Shown piece by piece: positions 46,886 to 56,794 of a stretch of DNA of 64,000 bases. Where the stretch lies: assembly GCA_965248695.1 (NCBI GenBank), contig CBDFKD010000002.1, positions 2,912,001 through 2,976,000 on the forward strand, given 5' to 3'. The position numbers and the translations under genes are program-made. Positions within the stretch are counted from its first letter, which is position 1, and every line of letters starts with the position of its first letter. The stretch is from Acidobacteriota bacterium (GTDB taxonomy: Bacteria > Acidobacteriota > UBA890 > WLXD01). The notes below the pieces were generated by a model. The model did not search any database and was not told where the DNA came from. It saw only the letters and a list, made by a program, of their open reading frames with translations.

Positions 46886-48619
46886 TCACTGGCGCCCGTA
46901 TGCGAGCCGTCCGTCGATAAAGGTCATGTCGACGTCGATTTCACTGATCGCTCCGGGCGGCACGCTCGTCGGATCGTCTGACAGGACGACAAAATCGGCC
47001 AGCTTGCCGATCTCGATCGATCCCTTCACCTCCTCGTCGAAGGTCGAGTATGCACCCCCGAGGGTCCAAACGCGGATGGCGTCCTCGACGCTGACTTGCT
47101 GTGCCGCGCCGTACACCTTTCCCTCAGCGCTGGCACGCGTGACCATGCTCTGGATTCTGAGCATCGGATCGGCGGCGCTGACGCCGTAGTCGGAGTTCCC
47201 GGCAACGGGAATACCGAGCTCCAACGCCGATCGATTGGCGTGCATCATGTTCCACCGTGCCGCACCATACGCCTCCATCTTGTCGCCGTGCTCGTAGACG
47301 TACGAGTGCAGAGCCAGCACGATGTCCAGCTCCTTGATCCGGCTGAGAATGGCGGAGTTCACGATGCTCGCGTGCTCGATGCGGTGTCGATGATTCTCGC
47401 GCGGACGATGCTCCAAGGCTCGTTCGAGCGCATCGAGAACCATGTCGATCTCGCGGTCGCCGTTGGAGTGCACCGCGGCCTGGAATCCGGCCTCGTGAAT
47501 CTCGAGAATCATGGCGTCAAGCTCTTCTTGGGATCTGCCGGGCGGGATGCCGTAGTAGTCGCGCTCCCCGGTTGCCGGATTGGCCATCTCGTAGGGCTCG
47601 TACAGCCAGCAGGTCCGCCCCGAGAGCGAGTTGCCATGGAAGCTCTTGATGGCTCCGATTCGGAGGTGATCGTCGCCGAAGCCGGTGCGCAGGCCGAGCG
47701 CTCGCAGCGCCGGCAGGTGGCGGAAATCGAACATGATGCTCACCCTGACGGGTTGCCCTTGATCGGCCGCGTCCTGGTAGGCCTTGAACGCCGCAGGATC
47801 GCTCCCGGCATCGACAACGCTAGTGATCCCCTTGCTCAAGAACGCCTCCAAAGTCCGCAGAAGTCCCTCGGTTCGCTCGGCGCTCGTGGCCCCCGGTAGC
47901 GGCGGACCGTGCTCGAGGATGGGGTCGATAGCGTTTTCCCAAACGACGCCGGTCGGCCGACCTGTGTCATCGCGCTCGAACCCTCCGCCAGGCGGGTCTG
48001 ATGTCGAGCTATCGACCCCGGCCATCTCGAGAGCGAGAGAATTGACCGCCGAAACATGGCCGCTGGAATGCGTCACGAAGACCGGATGCGTTGTAGTGGC
48101 CTGATCCAGGTCCGCACGACTCGGATGCCTTCCCAGCTTGGTGTCTTGATATCGGGTGCCGATCACCCACTGCCCGACCGGGGTGATGGCCGCCTTCTTC
48201 CTCAACGCGACGATTGCTTCCTGCATCGTCTGCACGTTCTGGGGACTCAGGTCTACCTTGCCAAGTCGTGACGTCACCGGATACGTGGGTTCCGGGTGCA
48301 TGTGGGCGTCGATGAAACCGGGCGCGATCGTCTTGCCGCCCGCATCCAAGACTTCTGTGTCCGGGCCGACCAGCGAGCCTACCTCCGCCGAGCTCGCAAC
48401 CGCCACGAGCTTGCCGTCGCGAACCGCCAGAGCCTCGGCCCTCGGGAGCCTGTGGTCGACGGTAATGATGTTCGCCGAGACCACCACCAGGTCGGCAGCC
48501 AACCGTTCTTGCGTCGCCACGGGCGAAGAGGCCGACATCCAGATACCGAGCGTCGCAGCGATGGCAAGGGCCCGATGAATGAGCCCGGCGCTGGACCGGG
48601 CGGACTTCGTGAGGCTCAT
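46886..48619 (-). CDS. Secreted amidohydrolase-3 (YtcJ-like) metallohydrolase
   Basis: Signal peptide; PGFIDAHMH; AVHSNGDR; RHRIEHA; GNSDY; KGSIEIGKLADFVVL. Confidence 0.92.
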   Translation of the reverse strand: MSLTKSARSSAGLIHRALAIAATLGIWMSASSPVATQERLAADLVVVSANIITVDHRLPRAEALAVRDGKLVAVASSAEVGSLVGPDTEVLDAGGKTIAPGFIDAHMHPEPTYPVTSRLGKVDLSPQNVQTMQEAIVALRKKAAITPVGQWVIGTRYQDTKLGRHPSRADLDQATTTHPVFVTHSSGHVSAVNSLALEMAGVDSSTSDPPGGGFERDDTGRPTGVVWENAIDPILEHGPPLPGATSAERTEGLLRTLEAFLSKGITSVVDAGSDPAAFKAYQDAADQGQPVRVSIMFDFRHLPALRALGLRTGFGDDHLRIGAIKSFHGNSLSGRTCWLYEPYEMANPATGERDYYGIPPGRSQEELDAMILEIHEAGFQAAVHSNGDREIDMVLDALERALEHRPRENHRHRIEHASIVNSAILSRIKELDIVLALHSYVYEHGDKMEAYGAARWNMMHANRSALELGIPVAGNSDYGVSAADPMLRIQSMVTRASAEGKVYGAAQQVSVEDAIRVWTLGGAYSTFDEEVKGSIEIGKLADFVVLSDDPTSVPPGAISEIDVDMTFIDGRLAYGRQ

Positions 48620-48870
48620 GGGATTCCTGTCCTAGATCGCATGGGTGGTCGTTGGATTCTGTCATCAATAGCCAGGGTCTTCGCCGGGTACGCCGGGAGT
48701 AGCCGCTGGATATGTACGCCCCGTCTCGGGGCGGCGCCTCGAAACTGCTCGCACGGTTCGCTACCATTCGCGAAATCAGGAGCGCGTCCGTGCTCCCGGG
48801 CGTAAGCGACCGCCATATCGGAAGATGGACGACGCCCCCCGGTAGTCGGCCATGAGTCAAGGGAGAGCCT

Positions 48871-49281
48871 GTGCTTGAAAACGTGAACTTCCTCGCAGTT
48901 GGTCTCGCCACGGTGCTCTCGTTCGTCTTCGGAGCACTCTGGTACTCGCCGTTGCTGCTCGCGAAGCCCTGGATGCCTGCGCACGGCTACACGGCAGAGC
49001 AGGTCAAAGAGATGCAACCCAGTATGGGTCCTACCTACGCCATCCCGTTCATCTGCTGGGGGCTGATGGCGACGACGCTGGCCATGATCGCACCGCATTT
49101 CGGTGAGGGTTTCGGCGGAACGTTCCATATCGGCCTGATGCTGTGGCTCGGGTTCTCGGCGACCGTCGGGCTCACCAACAATCGCTTCTCCGGCAAGCCA
49201 CTCAACGCGTGGCTCATCGACGCCGGCTACCAACTGGGCTCGGTAGCGATCATGGCCGCCGTGCTGGGCCTCTGGACCTGA
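48871..49281 (+). CDS. DUF1761 family membrane protein
   Basis: VNFLAV..ATV..F..GALWYSP.L..K.WM; WLGF; LIDAGYQL; four TM segments. Confidence 0.88.
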   Translation: MLENVNFLAVGLATVLSFVFGALWYSPLLLAKPWMPAHGYTAEQVKEMQPSMGPTYAIPFICWGLMATTLAMIAPHFGEGFGGTFHIGLMLWLGFSATVGLTNNRFSGKPLNAWLIDAGYQLGSVAIMAAVLGLWT

Positions 49282-49339
49282 TCGGGCAGTTCACCGTACC
49301 GATGGCTGCAACGGAGACCACGCCGGAGTCTGGGGGCAC

Positions 49340-51322
49340 CTACGGCGAGGGCAAGCCCAAGGCGATCCACTCGGCCGGGTAGTCGCGACCACCCACCGCC
49401 ACGACGACGTACTGCTTGCCGTCGTGCATGTAGGTCATCGGTGCGCTGGTAGTGCCGGCTGGCAACTCGGTCTCCCAGACCGTCTCGCCGGTGCTCTTGT
49501 CCAGGGCGCGGAACATGGTTCCCCAGTGGCCGCGGGCGACTCCGGGCATGGCGTCACTTCCCTCACCGATGAACAGCAGCGTCTTGGTCACCATCGGGGC
49601 GGCGCGGTTGGCGATGCCGAGCGGCGGCAGGTCGAGATCGCGCAGCATCGGGTGATTGCGTGGACCATCACCAACCGGGACCATCCAGACGTGCTCCCCA
49701 AGGTTCATGTCGATAGCGGTGAGCCGTCCGTAGGGCGGTTTGGTGAGCGGCAGACCGAAGGGAGAGGCCAGCCCCTGATGTTCCTGACGCCAGCCGCGGC
49801 CGGCGCCGGGCGGCGGCGACTTGATCACGTAGTCCATCGTCGCGTCGCCGGTAGCTGCGACCATGTCGTTGATGTACGGCAGCGTGTGCGACGCGGCGTA
49901 GAAGATCCCGGTCTCCGGATCGAACGCCGGCGTGTGCCAGTTCGCCGCGCCCCAGGTTCCCGGCACCACGAGCGTGCCTCGCGTCGACTCGCCGGTCAGC
50001 GACGGCGGCGTGAAAATCGGACCGGTGACGTACTGATTCATGATCCTGAGCGCCTCGGCCCGGAGCTCGGGGGTGAAGTCAGCCAGGTCGTCCTCGGTCA
50101 GACCCTGGCGATCGAACGGTGGAGGCTTGGTCGGGAAGGGCTGCGTCGGCGACGTCTGCTCACCGGGGACCGTCGACTGCGGCACGGGGCGCTCTTCGAT
50201 GGGCCACACCGGCTCGCCCGTTGCTCGATCAAAGACGTAAACGAACCCGGTCTTGTTGGGCTGCATGACCGCCTTGATCCGCTTGCCATCAACAGTAATG
50301 TCGCCCAGGACGGGGGCGCCGATGTTGTCGTAGTCCCACAGGTCGTGGTGCACCATCTGGAAGTGCCAGACGCGCTTCCCGGTCTTGGTATCGATGGCCA
50401 CGAGGCTGTCGGCGTACAGGTTGTCCCCTGGTCGATGGCCACCGTAGAGGCTGTTGCTGGGAGCGGTCAGCGGCACGTACACGTAGCCGAGCTCCTCGTC
50501 AGCGCTGAGCCCACACCAGGCTCCCATCGCACCCCCGTACCACCACGAGTCGCCCCAGGTGTCCTCGCCGAACTCACCCGGCCGCGGCCGTACGTGGAAG
50601 GTCCACAGGTGCTCGCCGGTGCGCACGTCGTAACCCCGGATGTCCTCCGGTGCGGCCTCCTTCTTGTTGCCGAAATCACCGCCGCCACCACCGTTGCCGG
50701 CGACGACCACGACGTCGCCAACGACGACCGGGCCATCGGCGGACCAGATGTTTCCGGACCAAGGCAGCTCGCGGTTGAGGTTGACGCGCCCGCCTTCGCC
50801 GAAATCCGGGTAGTACGCGCCGGTCCTGGCGTTCAGGGCGTAGAGGTGCTGGCCCCGCGCGACGAACACCCGCTGGTCGGTGCCGCTCTCCCAGTAGTCC
50901 ATGCCACGGGAGCTGGAGCCGCGCATGCCCTCCGGCGTGCTGTCGAACGGCTCTTGGCCCCAGACCGTCTTGCCGGTTCCGGCGTCGAAGGCCTCCACCA
51001 GCCCGACGCCGTTGGGGGCATAGAGCACACCGCCGATCATGATCGGTGTCGAACGAAGGTTGTCGCTGATGCTGAGGTCAGGGAACGCCTGTCGCAGCTG
51101 GGCATCTACCTTGGGCCGACGCCAGAGGATCTCCAGGTCGCCGACGTTCTCCGAGTTGATCTGATCCAGCGGCGAGTAGCGGGTGAACCCCTTGTCGCCG
51201 CCGTAGTAGTGCCACTCACCCGCCGCCGTCGGCGCGCCGCTCTGAGCGCCCACCGCCAAATTGCCAGCCATGACCAAACCCGCGCACAGACCCACCCTGA
51301 TCGATCCGTGGACGAACCGCAT
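49340..51322 (-). CDS. PQQ-dependent dehydrogenase (glucose/quinate/shikimate-type), secreted
   Basis: WHYYGGD..FTRYSPLDQIN; WHFQMVHHDLWDYD; P.WPIEERPVP; KPPYGRLTAID; PMTYMHDGKQYVV. Confidence 0.92.
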   Translation of the reverse strand: MRFVHGSIRVGLCAGLVMAGNLAVGAQSGAPTAAGEWHYYGGDKGFTRYSPLDQINSENVGDLEILWRRPKVDAQLRQAFPDLSISDNLRSTPIMIGGVLYAPNGVGLVEAFDAGTGKTVWGQEPFDSTPEGMRGSSSRGMDYWESGTDQRVFVARGQHLYALNARTGAYYPDFGEGGRVNLNRELPWSGNIWSADGPVVVGDVVVVAGNGGGGGDFGNKKEAAPEDIRGYDVRTGEHLWTFHVRPRPGEFGEDTWGDSWWYGGAMGAWCGLSADEELGYVYVPLTAPSNSLYGGHRPGDNLYADSLVAIDTKTGKRVWHFQMVHHDLWDYDNIGAPVLGDITVDGKRIKAVMQPNKTGFVYVFDRATGEPVWPIEERPVPQSTVPGEQTSPTQPFPTKPPPFDRQGLTEDDLADFTPELRAEALRIMNQYVTGPIFTPPSLTGESTRGTLVVPGTWGAANWHTPAFDPETGIFYAASHTLPYINDMVAATGDATMDYVIKSPPPGAGRGWRQEHQGLASPFGLPLTKPPYGRLTAIDMNLGEHVWMVPVGDGPRNHPMLRDLDLPPLGIANRAAPMVTKTLLFIGEGSDAMPGVARGHWGTMFRALDKSTGETVWETELPAGTTSAPMTYMHDGKQYVVVAVGGRDYPAEWIALGLPSP

Positions 51323-51417
51323 GGCAAGACCTCCCGTTGATGATCGACTCAACACGCACCAGATCCCGCGAGCTTCCAGGCTGCGGCGCCGACAGTCAAC
51401 CTAGTCGGGCGTCCTCA

Positions 51418-51442
51418 CCACACGTTCACCACGGCCTGCTAG
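51418..51442 (-). repeat. CTAG-anchored IS-end-like motif, copy 2
   Basis: Minus strand CTAGCAGGCCGTGGTGAACGTGTGG; a second CTAG lies at 51401-51404. Confidence 0.6.
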
Positions 51443-51552
51443 CGAGCCGCACGGGAGCTCGGCGTCGTCAGATCGCCGATCCGGACCGGCGCCCGGGCGG
51501 GTGCTCTGCCGCGCATCGTTGCCCGCGGGCGAGAAACGCCGCCACAGTGACC

Positions 51553-51670
51553 TCAGTGGTCCCAGCCGCCCAGCAACTCGCCGTCGGCGCTGTACTTCAC
51601 CACTCGATGACTGTTGTTGATGATTACGTACACTTCGCCACCCGGGCCGACAGCGATCACACCGTTGGAC
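51553..51670 (-). pseudogene. Isolated NHL-repeat fragment
   Basis: GVIAVGPGGEVYVIINNSHRVVKYSADGELLGGWDH* matches a single NHL blade; no further blades. Confidence 0.5.
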
Positions 51671-51835
51671 GCCTGGCGACCGGCGGTGGCTCTCTCTGTC
51701 GACGCGCTGGAGTCTTCATCAGCCAAGGCCGCAGCGGTGCCGCTGCGAAGGCGTGCGTGCTCTCCTATCTGCTTACACGACATTCCACGCTCTACCCCGT
51801 CACCGGTGCCTGCGCCGACTGGGGTGATTGCGTAG

Positions 51836-52564
51836 TTACTGGACGGGATCTTCACCAAGCAGACGCGCCAGCGTGGGCTCCATTGCCTCGGCCCAGATCT
51901 GATAGCCGCGCTCCTCGGGGTGCAGCGCGTCTGGCATCACGCTCTCGGGCAGGACGCCGTCGTCCTCCAGAAAGCTCTCACCTATGTCCAGATAGTGGAT
52001 CCACTCGCCATCGTCGAGCTCGGCGATGAGCGTATTGGCTTCGTCGTTGACTCCACGCTGCCAGGCGGTAACCGTCTTGCCGCGGGGGAACACGGCCAAC
52101 AGCAGGATCTTCGTTTCCGGCAGTAGACCTCGCAGTGTGTTGCAGATTGCGCCGACGCCCGCCGCGATCTCGTCCGGTGTGTAATTGCGCGAGTTGTTTG
52201 TGCCGATCATCAGCACCGCCACCTCAGGGCTGATCTGATCGAGCTGCCCATGGATCACCCGCCACAGAACGTGCTGCGTGCGGTCGCCGCTGAAGCCGAG
52301 ATTCACCGCCTTCCGATGGCCGAAGTACCGGTCCCAGGTCTCCTTACCCGAGCTCTCCCAGCCGTGGGTGATGGAATCACCGATGAAGAGCAGATCGACA
52401 TCTCCTGCGCGCACCTGACGCACGTTGTCGAAGAACCTCGCCATCCACCAAGCTCGGTCGGCGCGAGGCACCGGCACGGTGGCGGAATCCTGAGCGCCAA
52501 CGATCCCCGCGACCGCCATCTGCGCGCACACCAGCAGGAGAAGAAGCTTCACAGAAGTTCTCAT
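51836..52564 (-). CDS. Secreted SGNH/GDSL hydrolase (PAF-acetylhydrolase IB-like)
   Basis: FIGDSITHGW; NLGFSGDRTQHVLWR; MIGTNN; MPDALHP. Confidence 0.92.
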   Translation of the reverse strand: MRTSVKLLLLLVCAQMAVAGIVGAQDSATVPVPRADRAWWMARFFDNVRQVRAGDVDLLFIGDSITHGWESSGKETWDRYFGHRKAVNLGFSGDRTQHVLWRVIHGQLDQISPEVAVLMIGTNNSRNYTPDEIAAGVGAICNTLRGLLPETKILLLAVFPRGKTVTAWQRGVNDEANTLIAELDDGEWIHYLDIGESFLEDDGVLPESVMPDALHPEERGYQIWAEAMEPTLARLLGEDPVQ

Positions 52565-52634
52565 CGCGTACCTATGCACTCTCGTCGTAGGGGACAGCGG
52601 AAACAGATCGAGCGGTGTGCGAGCGTGCGGTCGA

Positions 52635-53012
52635 CTATTCGCGATCCTTCAAGAGCTTGTCGAGCCCGGCAAAGGGGTTCTGGGTGACCGTCGCACGCGT
52701 GCTCTCGCCGAGCTTGCCGCCGGAGGATTCCGCCACCGCATGTCGCGAGTGCTCGTTGTCGTGGCACCAGTAACAGAGCAGCTCCCAGTTGCTTCCGTCG
52801 GGCGGGTTGTTGGTGTGATCGTGGTCCTTGTGGTGCACCGTCAGCTCGCTGAGGTTCTTGCTGTTGAAATCGCGCCCGCAGCTACCGCAGACCCACGGCA
52901 GCAGCTTCAGCGCCCGGCCCCGATAGCTCACATCCCGCTCGGCCCGCGCACGACGACCCTCGGCGACGATCTGCTCGGAACGACTTCGGTCTGGCGGTTT
53001 CGGCGCTGACAT
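52635..53012 (-). CDS. yajD: YajD family HNH nuclease
   Basis: YR.RALKLLPWVCGSCGRDF...LSELTVHHKDHDHTNNPPDGSNWELLC..CHDNEHSR; TQNPFAGL. Confidence 0.9.
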   Translation of the reverse strand: MSAPKPPDRSRSEQIVAEGRRARAERDVSYRGRALKLLPWVCGSCGRDFNSKNLSELTVHHKDHDHTNNPPDGSNWELLCYWCHDNEHSRHAVAESSGGKLGESTRATVTQNPFAGLDKLLKDRE

Positions 53013-53238
53013 CGACAATGGCCCTGCTATCGAGGTAGGGGATCATAAGCTTGGCACGGGATTGTGCCGACGTGTTGAATCTCGACAGCGCCTTCGACAG
53101 CACCGCGGGACCCGACGCTCCCGCGAGTCGAACCGTCGCCTTCGCCAGCTGCCTACCCTGCGCGACCCGGTCTGGCCGATCCACAGCCAACCTGGCACCA
53201 TCCCGCCATCCGCGAACGACTCCTGACAGAGGCACCTC

Positions 53239-54129
53239 ATGGGCGACAAGCGACTCACGGCCAACGATTTTCCGAAGGAAGTTCTCTCCCTGTTCGATCG
53301 TTATGTCCACGGCATCATCGATCGCCGCGCCTTCCTCGAGGGAGCCGGGAAATTCGCCTTCGGCAGCATGACGGCGCTGGCGATGCTGCGCAGCCTGAGC
53401 CCGCGCTACGCCCAGGCGCAACAGGTGGCCCCCGACGACGAGCGCATACGCACCAGCTACCTGGAGTACGCATCGCCCAACGGCGCCGGCAACATGCGCG
53501 GCTACTTGGCCCGCCCGGCCGGCGACGGCAAGAAACCGGCGGTACTGGTGATACACGAAAATCGCGGACTGAACCCATACGTCGAGGACGTCGTGCGACG
53601 CCTCGCCGTCGCCGACTTCATCGCCTTCGGTCCGGACGCCCTGTTTCCCCTCGGCGGATATCCCGGGAACGACGACGAGGGCCGAGTCTTGCAGCGGCAG
53701 CGTGATCGCGACGAGATGATGGAAGACTTCGTCGCCGCGGCGGAATTGCTCGCCGACGACGAGGGCTCGACGGGCCGCGTCGGCGCTGTCGGTTTTTGCT
53801 TCGGCGGAGGCGTCGTCAACTATCTGGCAACCCGGCTGCCGGGGCTCGGGGCCGGAGTGCCGTTCTACGGATCCCAGCCACCTGCCGAGGAAGTGGCAAA
53901 GATCCAGGCCCCGCTCATGATTCAGCTAGCCGGCTTGGACGAGCGCGTCAACGCCGGATGGCCGGCCTACAAGGAAGGTCTCGACGAGCATGGCAAGACG
54001 TACACGATGCACATGTACGACAACGCCAACCACGGCTTCCACAACGACACCACGCCCCGTTTCGATGCAGCCGCGGCGAAGCTGGCGGAGGATCGTACGG
54101 TTGCTTTCTTCAACCAACATCTGCGATAG
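53239..54129 (+). CDS. Dienelactone hydrolase family protein (YghX-like, Tat motif)
   Basis: [15 protein letters not shown]; [10 protein letters not shown]; nucleophile GFCFGG; [12 protein letters not shown]. Confidence 0.92.
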   Translation: MGDKRLTANDFPKEVLSLFDRYVHGIIDRRAFLEGAGKFAFGSMTALAMLRSLSPRYAQAQQVAPDDERIRTSYLEYASPNGAGNMRGYLARPAGDGKKPAVLVIHENRGLNPYVEDVVRRLAVADFIAFGPDALFPLGGYPGNDDEGRVLQRQRDRDEMMEDFVAAAELLADDEGSTGRVGAVGFCFGGGVVNYLATRLPGLGAGVPFYGSQPPAEEVAKIQAPLMIQLAGLDERVNAGWPAYKEGLDEHGKTYTMHMYDNANHGFHNDTTPRFDAAAAKLAEDRTVAFFNQHLR

Positions 54130-54138
54130 GTCGCGACC

Positions 54139-55044
54139 GTGAGGGTGCTTGGAGCGGCGGTGCTCGGAGTGGTGGTGCTCGCTGGCACTGGCCTGGCTCC
54201 TGTCTCCTCCGACGACGGCAGCATCGTGTTCAGCTCCGAGCGTGACGGTAACGCTGAGATCTACCGGATGAATCAGGACGGCTCCGGGCTCACGCGGCTG
54301 ACTCACGACCCGGCCGAGGACTCCCTTCCCTACTGTTCGCCCGATGGCTCCCGCATCGTCTTCTCTTCGGACCGCGAGCGGACGCGGCAGCTCTATCTCG
54401 TCGATCTCGACGGCAGCAACCTGATCCGCCTGACGCACAACGACATCAACAACAACTCGCCCTCCTGGTCGCCCGACGGCAGCAGGATCGCCTACAGCTC
54501 AGGGGGCAACGCATCGCCGTCGAACCTCTTCACCATCCGACCCGATGGTTCGGAGGAGCGTCAGATAACGGATCGATCCGGGTACAACTTCCTGTCCCCG
54601 ACCTGGTCTCCCGACGGCCTCAAGCTCGCGGCCGAAGGCGGACAGCTGGGCGAGACCATCGCCACCGAGTGGGGCGAGGCCGGACGAATGCAGATCTGGA
54701 CGTTCAACGCCGACGGCTCGGACCCGGCCCAGGTAACGCAACTGGACGCGTACAACGGCTACCCGGCATGGTCACCGACCGGATCGAGCATCGTCTTCGA
54801 TTCGACCTTGGAAGGCTGGGCCGACATCCTGTCGGTGAACCTGGCTGATCAGAGCGTCACCAATCTCACCCAGGATCCGCGCTCCAGCGAGTTCGCCGCC
54901 TGGTCACCGGACGGCTCGAGGATCGCATTTGTCGCCGACCGGGATGGCAACAACGAAATCTACGTGATGGATGCGAATGGTCAGAACCAGACCCGGATCA
55001 CACACCACGGCGCGCATGACTCCGGACCGGCCTGGTGCCGCTAG
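54139..55044 (+). CDS. TolB-like PD40 (WD40-like) repeat protein
   Basis: Repeated P.WSPDG..I.F.S.R.GN.EIY.M..DG blades; signal peptide. Confidence 0.88.
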   Translation: MRVLGAAVLGVVVLAGTGLAPVSSDDGSIVFSSERDGNAEIYRMNQDGSGLTRLTHDPAEDSLPYCSPDGSRIVFSSDRERTRQLYLVDLDGSNLIRLTHNDINNNSPSWSPDGSRIAYSSGGNASPSNLFTIRPDGSEERQITDRSGYNFLSPTWSPDGLKLAAEGGQLGETIATEWGEAGRMQIWTFNADGSDPAQVTQLDAYNGYPAWSPTGSSIVFDSTLEGWADILSVNLADQSVTNLTQDPRSSEFAAWSPDGSRIAFVADRDGNNEIYVMDANGQNQTRITHHGAHDSGPAWCR

Positions 55045-55424
55045 CCCTGGAGGAAACGCTGCCTGAGGCTACCGATGCTCGAGAGGCCACCGTCTTCATC
55101 ACGGAACTGCCAGAAGGCCCAACCGTTGCTCGATAGCCGATGAGATTCGGTGCCCAGTAGCTCCGAACAGGTGCTGCGAGCGTGGCTCGCTGCCGAGGAC
55201 AAGGTGCAAAAGCACCGGCCCATACAGGTCACGGTGCCGTCGAGCTCGATCTGAGCGCTCAACCGCCGGTCGAGGTACACTCTCTCGAGCTTCATCGGCG
55301 GATCGATGAATCCTGCTGCGATCAGCCCGCTCACGGAGACGCCCAGTTGCTTCGACACCGTTACCGTCCTGGAAAGTCCGCGTCGATCGGTGGCATTGCC
55401 GAGCCTTCTCGGACGCGCAGACAC
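55041..55424 (-). CDS. Stand-alone RAMA (restriction enzyme adenine methylase associated)-like domain protein, possibly a remnant
   Basis: LIAAGFI.PP..L...Y....L.A.I..DG.V...G..F.TLS.AA...NGW.FW......G....I..LR..F pattern. Confidence 0.6.
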   Translation of the reverse strand: MSARPRRLGNATDRRGLSRTVTVSKQLGVSVSGLIAAGFIDPPMKLERVYLDRRLSAQIELDGTVTCMGRCFCTLSSAASHARSTCSELLGTESHRLSSNGWAFWQFRDEDGGLSSIGSLRQRFLQG

Positions 55425-55495
55425 AGGTCAGTTGAGCTGCAGCACGCCGTTTGAACGGCCAGTATACGACGCCGCGTCGGCGCTGCCGGCAGCTT

Positions 55496-56794
55496 TTAGC
55501 TTCGGCGACGCGGCCGCGCCGAAGCGCGCGGGCGGCGGCGGCTCCGATGCTGCCGCGGACGCGTCCCGTCATTGGATCGCGAGGGCACGTGTCCGCCGCG
55601 TCCCGGTGCCCGCCGAGTCGAGCGGCGCCGGTCGCTCGGTTCCGAGGAATCAGGCTCGAAGCCTTCCACGATCCGCCGCGGAATCGAGTCGCCCAGCTTA
55701 CGCTCGGTAGCGCGCAGCCATGCGCCGTCATCTCGCGTCACGAAGGTCAACGCCCTTCCCTCGCGTTCGGCACGCCCGGTGCGGCCAATACGGTGGGTGT
55801 AGGCATCGGGTGTACTCGGCACGTCGAAATTGATGACGTGCGACACGCCGATCACGTCGATCCCTCGGGCCGCGATATCGGTGGCGACCAGAACGTCGAA
55901 TCGGCGCTTGCGGAATCCCTGCATGGCACGGTCCCGCTGTGATTGCGACATGTTGCCTTGCAGGCCGACAGCGCGGTGACCGGCGCGGTCGAGCTGCTGC
56001 GCCAGGCGGCGTGCCCGATGCTTGGTGCGTGTGAAAACGATGGCCGACTTGCAGGCGTCTTCCGCCAGGATCCGCTCGAGCAGATCGCGCTTGCGATCCT
56101 CGCGTACCGACACCATGGCGTGATCAATGGTCTCCGCGGGACCAGAATGCGCCAGCTCCACAACTTGCGGATTCCGCAGCAGACCATCGGCAAGCGACCG
56201 GATCTCGGCCGGCATGGTGGCGGAAAACAGCAGGTTCTGGCGCTTCGCTGGCAGTGTCTTCAGGATGCGTCGGAGGTCCGGCAGGAAGCCCATGTCGAAC
56301 ATATGGTCCGCCTCGTCGAGGACGACGCTCTCTACCTTGTCGAGGTGAAGCTCCCCGCGCCCCATCAGATCCAGGATGCGACCCGGACAGCCGACGACGA
56401 TCTCCGGATGCCGGCGTAGGGCCTGGATCTGGCGATGGGCGGACACGCCGCCAAAGACCGTCACCGCTCGCAGCTGGGTGAAGCGCGCCAAGGTGCGCAT
56501 CTCCTCATGAATCTGTGTCGCAAGCTCGCGCGTCGGCGCCAGCACGAGCACGCGCGGGCCACGACGGCGCTCGCGGGCGAGTCGGTGCAGCAGGGGTAGC
56601 GCGAAAGCGGCCGTCTTGCCGGTGCCCGTCTGCGCCAGGCCAAGCACGTCACGACCCGCAAGGGCGGCGGGAATCGTCTGGAGTTGGATGGCGCGAGGCT
56701 GGGTGAAGCCAGCAGCGACGACGCCACGAAGAATGGAGGAATCGAGGCCGAACCGGTCAAAGCCGGTAGGCGAGTTTGTAGCGCTTGCAGTCAT
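55496..56794 (-). CDS. rhlE: DEAD-box ATP-dependent RNA helicase (RhlE-like)
   Basis: AQTGTGKT, LAPTRELA, VLDEADHM, FSAT, ATDIAARGID, HRIGRTGRA; Arg-rich tail. Confidence 0.93.
   Translation of the reverse strand: MTASATNSPTGFDRFGLDSSILRGVVAAGFTQPRAIQLQTIPAALAGRDVLGLAQTGTGKTAAFALPLLHRLARERRRGPRVLVLAPTRELATQIHEEMRTLARFTQLRAVTVFGGVSAHRQIQALRRHPEIVVGCPGRILDLMGRGELHLDKVESVVLDEADHMFDMGFLPDLRRILKTLPAKRQNLLFSATMPAEIRSLADGLLRNPQVVELAHSGPAETIDHAMVSVREDRKRDLLERILAEDACKSAIVFTRTKHRARRLAQQLDRAGHRAVGLQGNMSQSQRDRAMQGFRKRRFDVLVATDIAARGIDVIGVSHVINFDVPSTPDAYTHRIGRTGRAEREGRALTFVTRDDGAWLRATERKLGDSIPRRIVEGFEPDSSEPSDRRRSTRRAPGRGGHVPSRSNDGTRPRQHRSRRRPRASARPRRRS

Noticed and set aside
49424-51340. Long antisense ORFs (638 aa here; also 39232-40575, 42030-43418, 14590-15594, 63156-63965)
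   Set aside because: Stop-poor reverse frames are expected in high-GC genes; no motifs, and each lies opposite a well-supported CDS
53051-53068. TTGGCACGGGATTGTGC as a sigma-54 promoter
   Set aside because: GG-to-GC spacing is 11 nt rather than the strict 10; more likely a small GGCAC/GTGCC hairpin
52635-56794. HNH nuclease + RAMA + helicase read as a defence island
   Set aside because: YajD and RhlE are ordinary conserved families, separated by unrelated opposite-strand genes; no methylase, ATPase or operon structure
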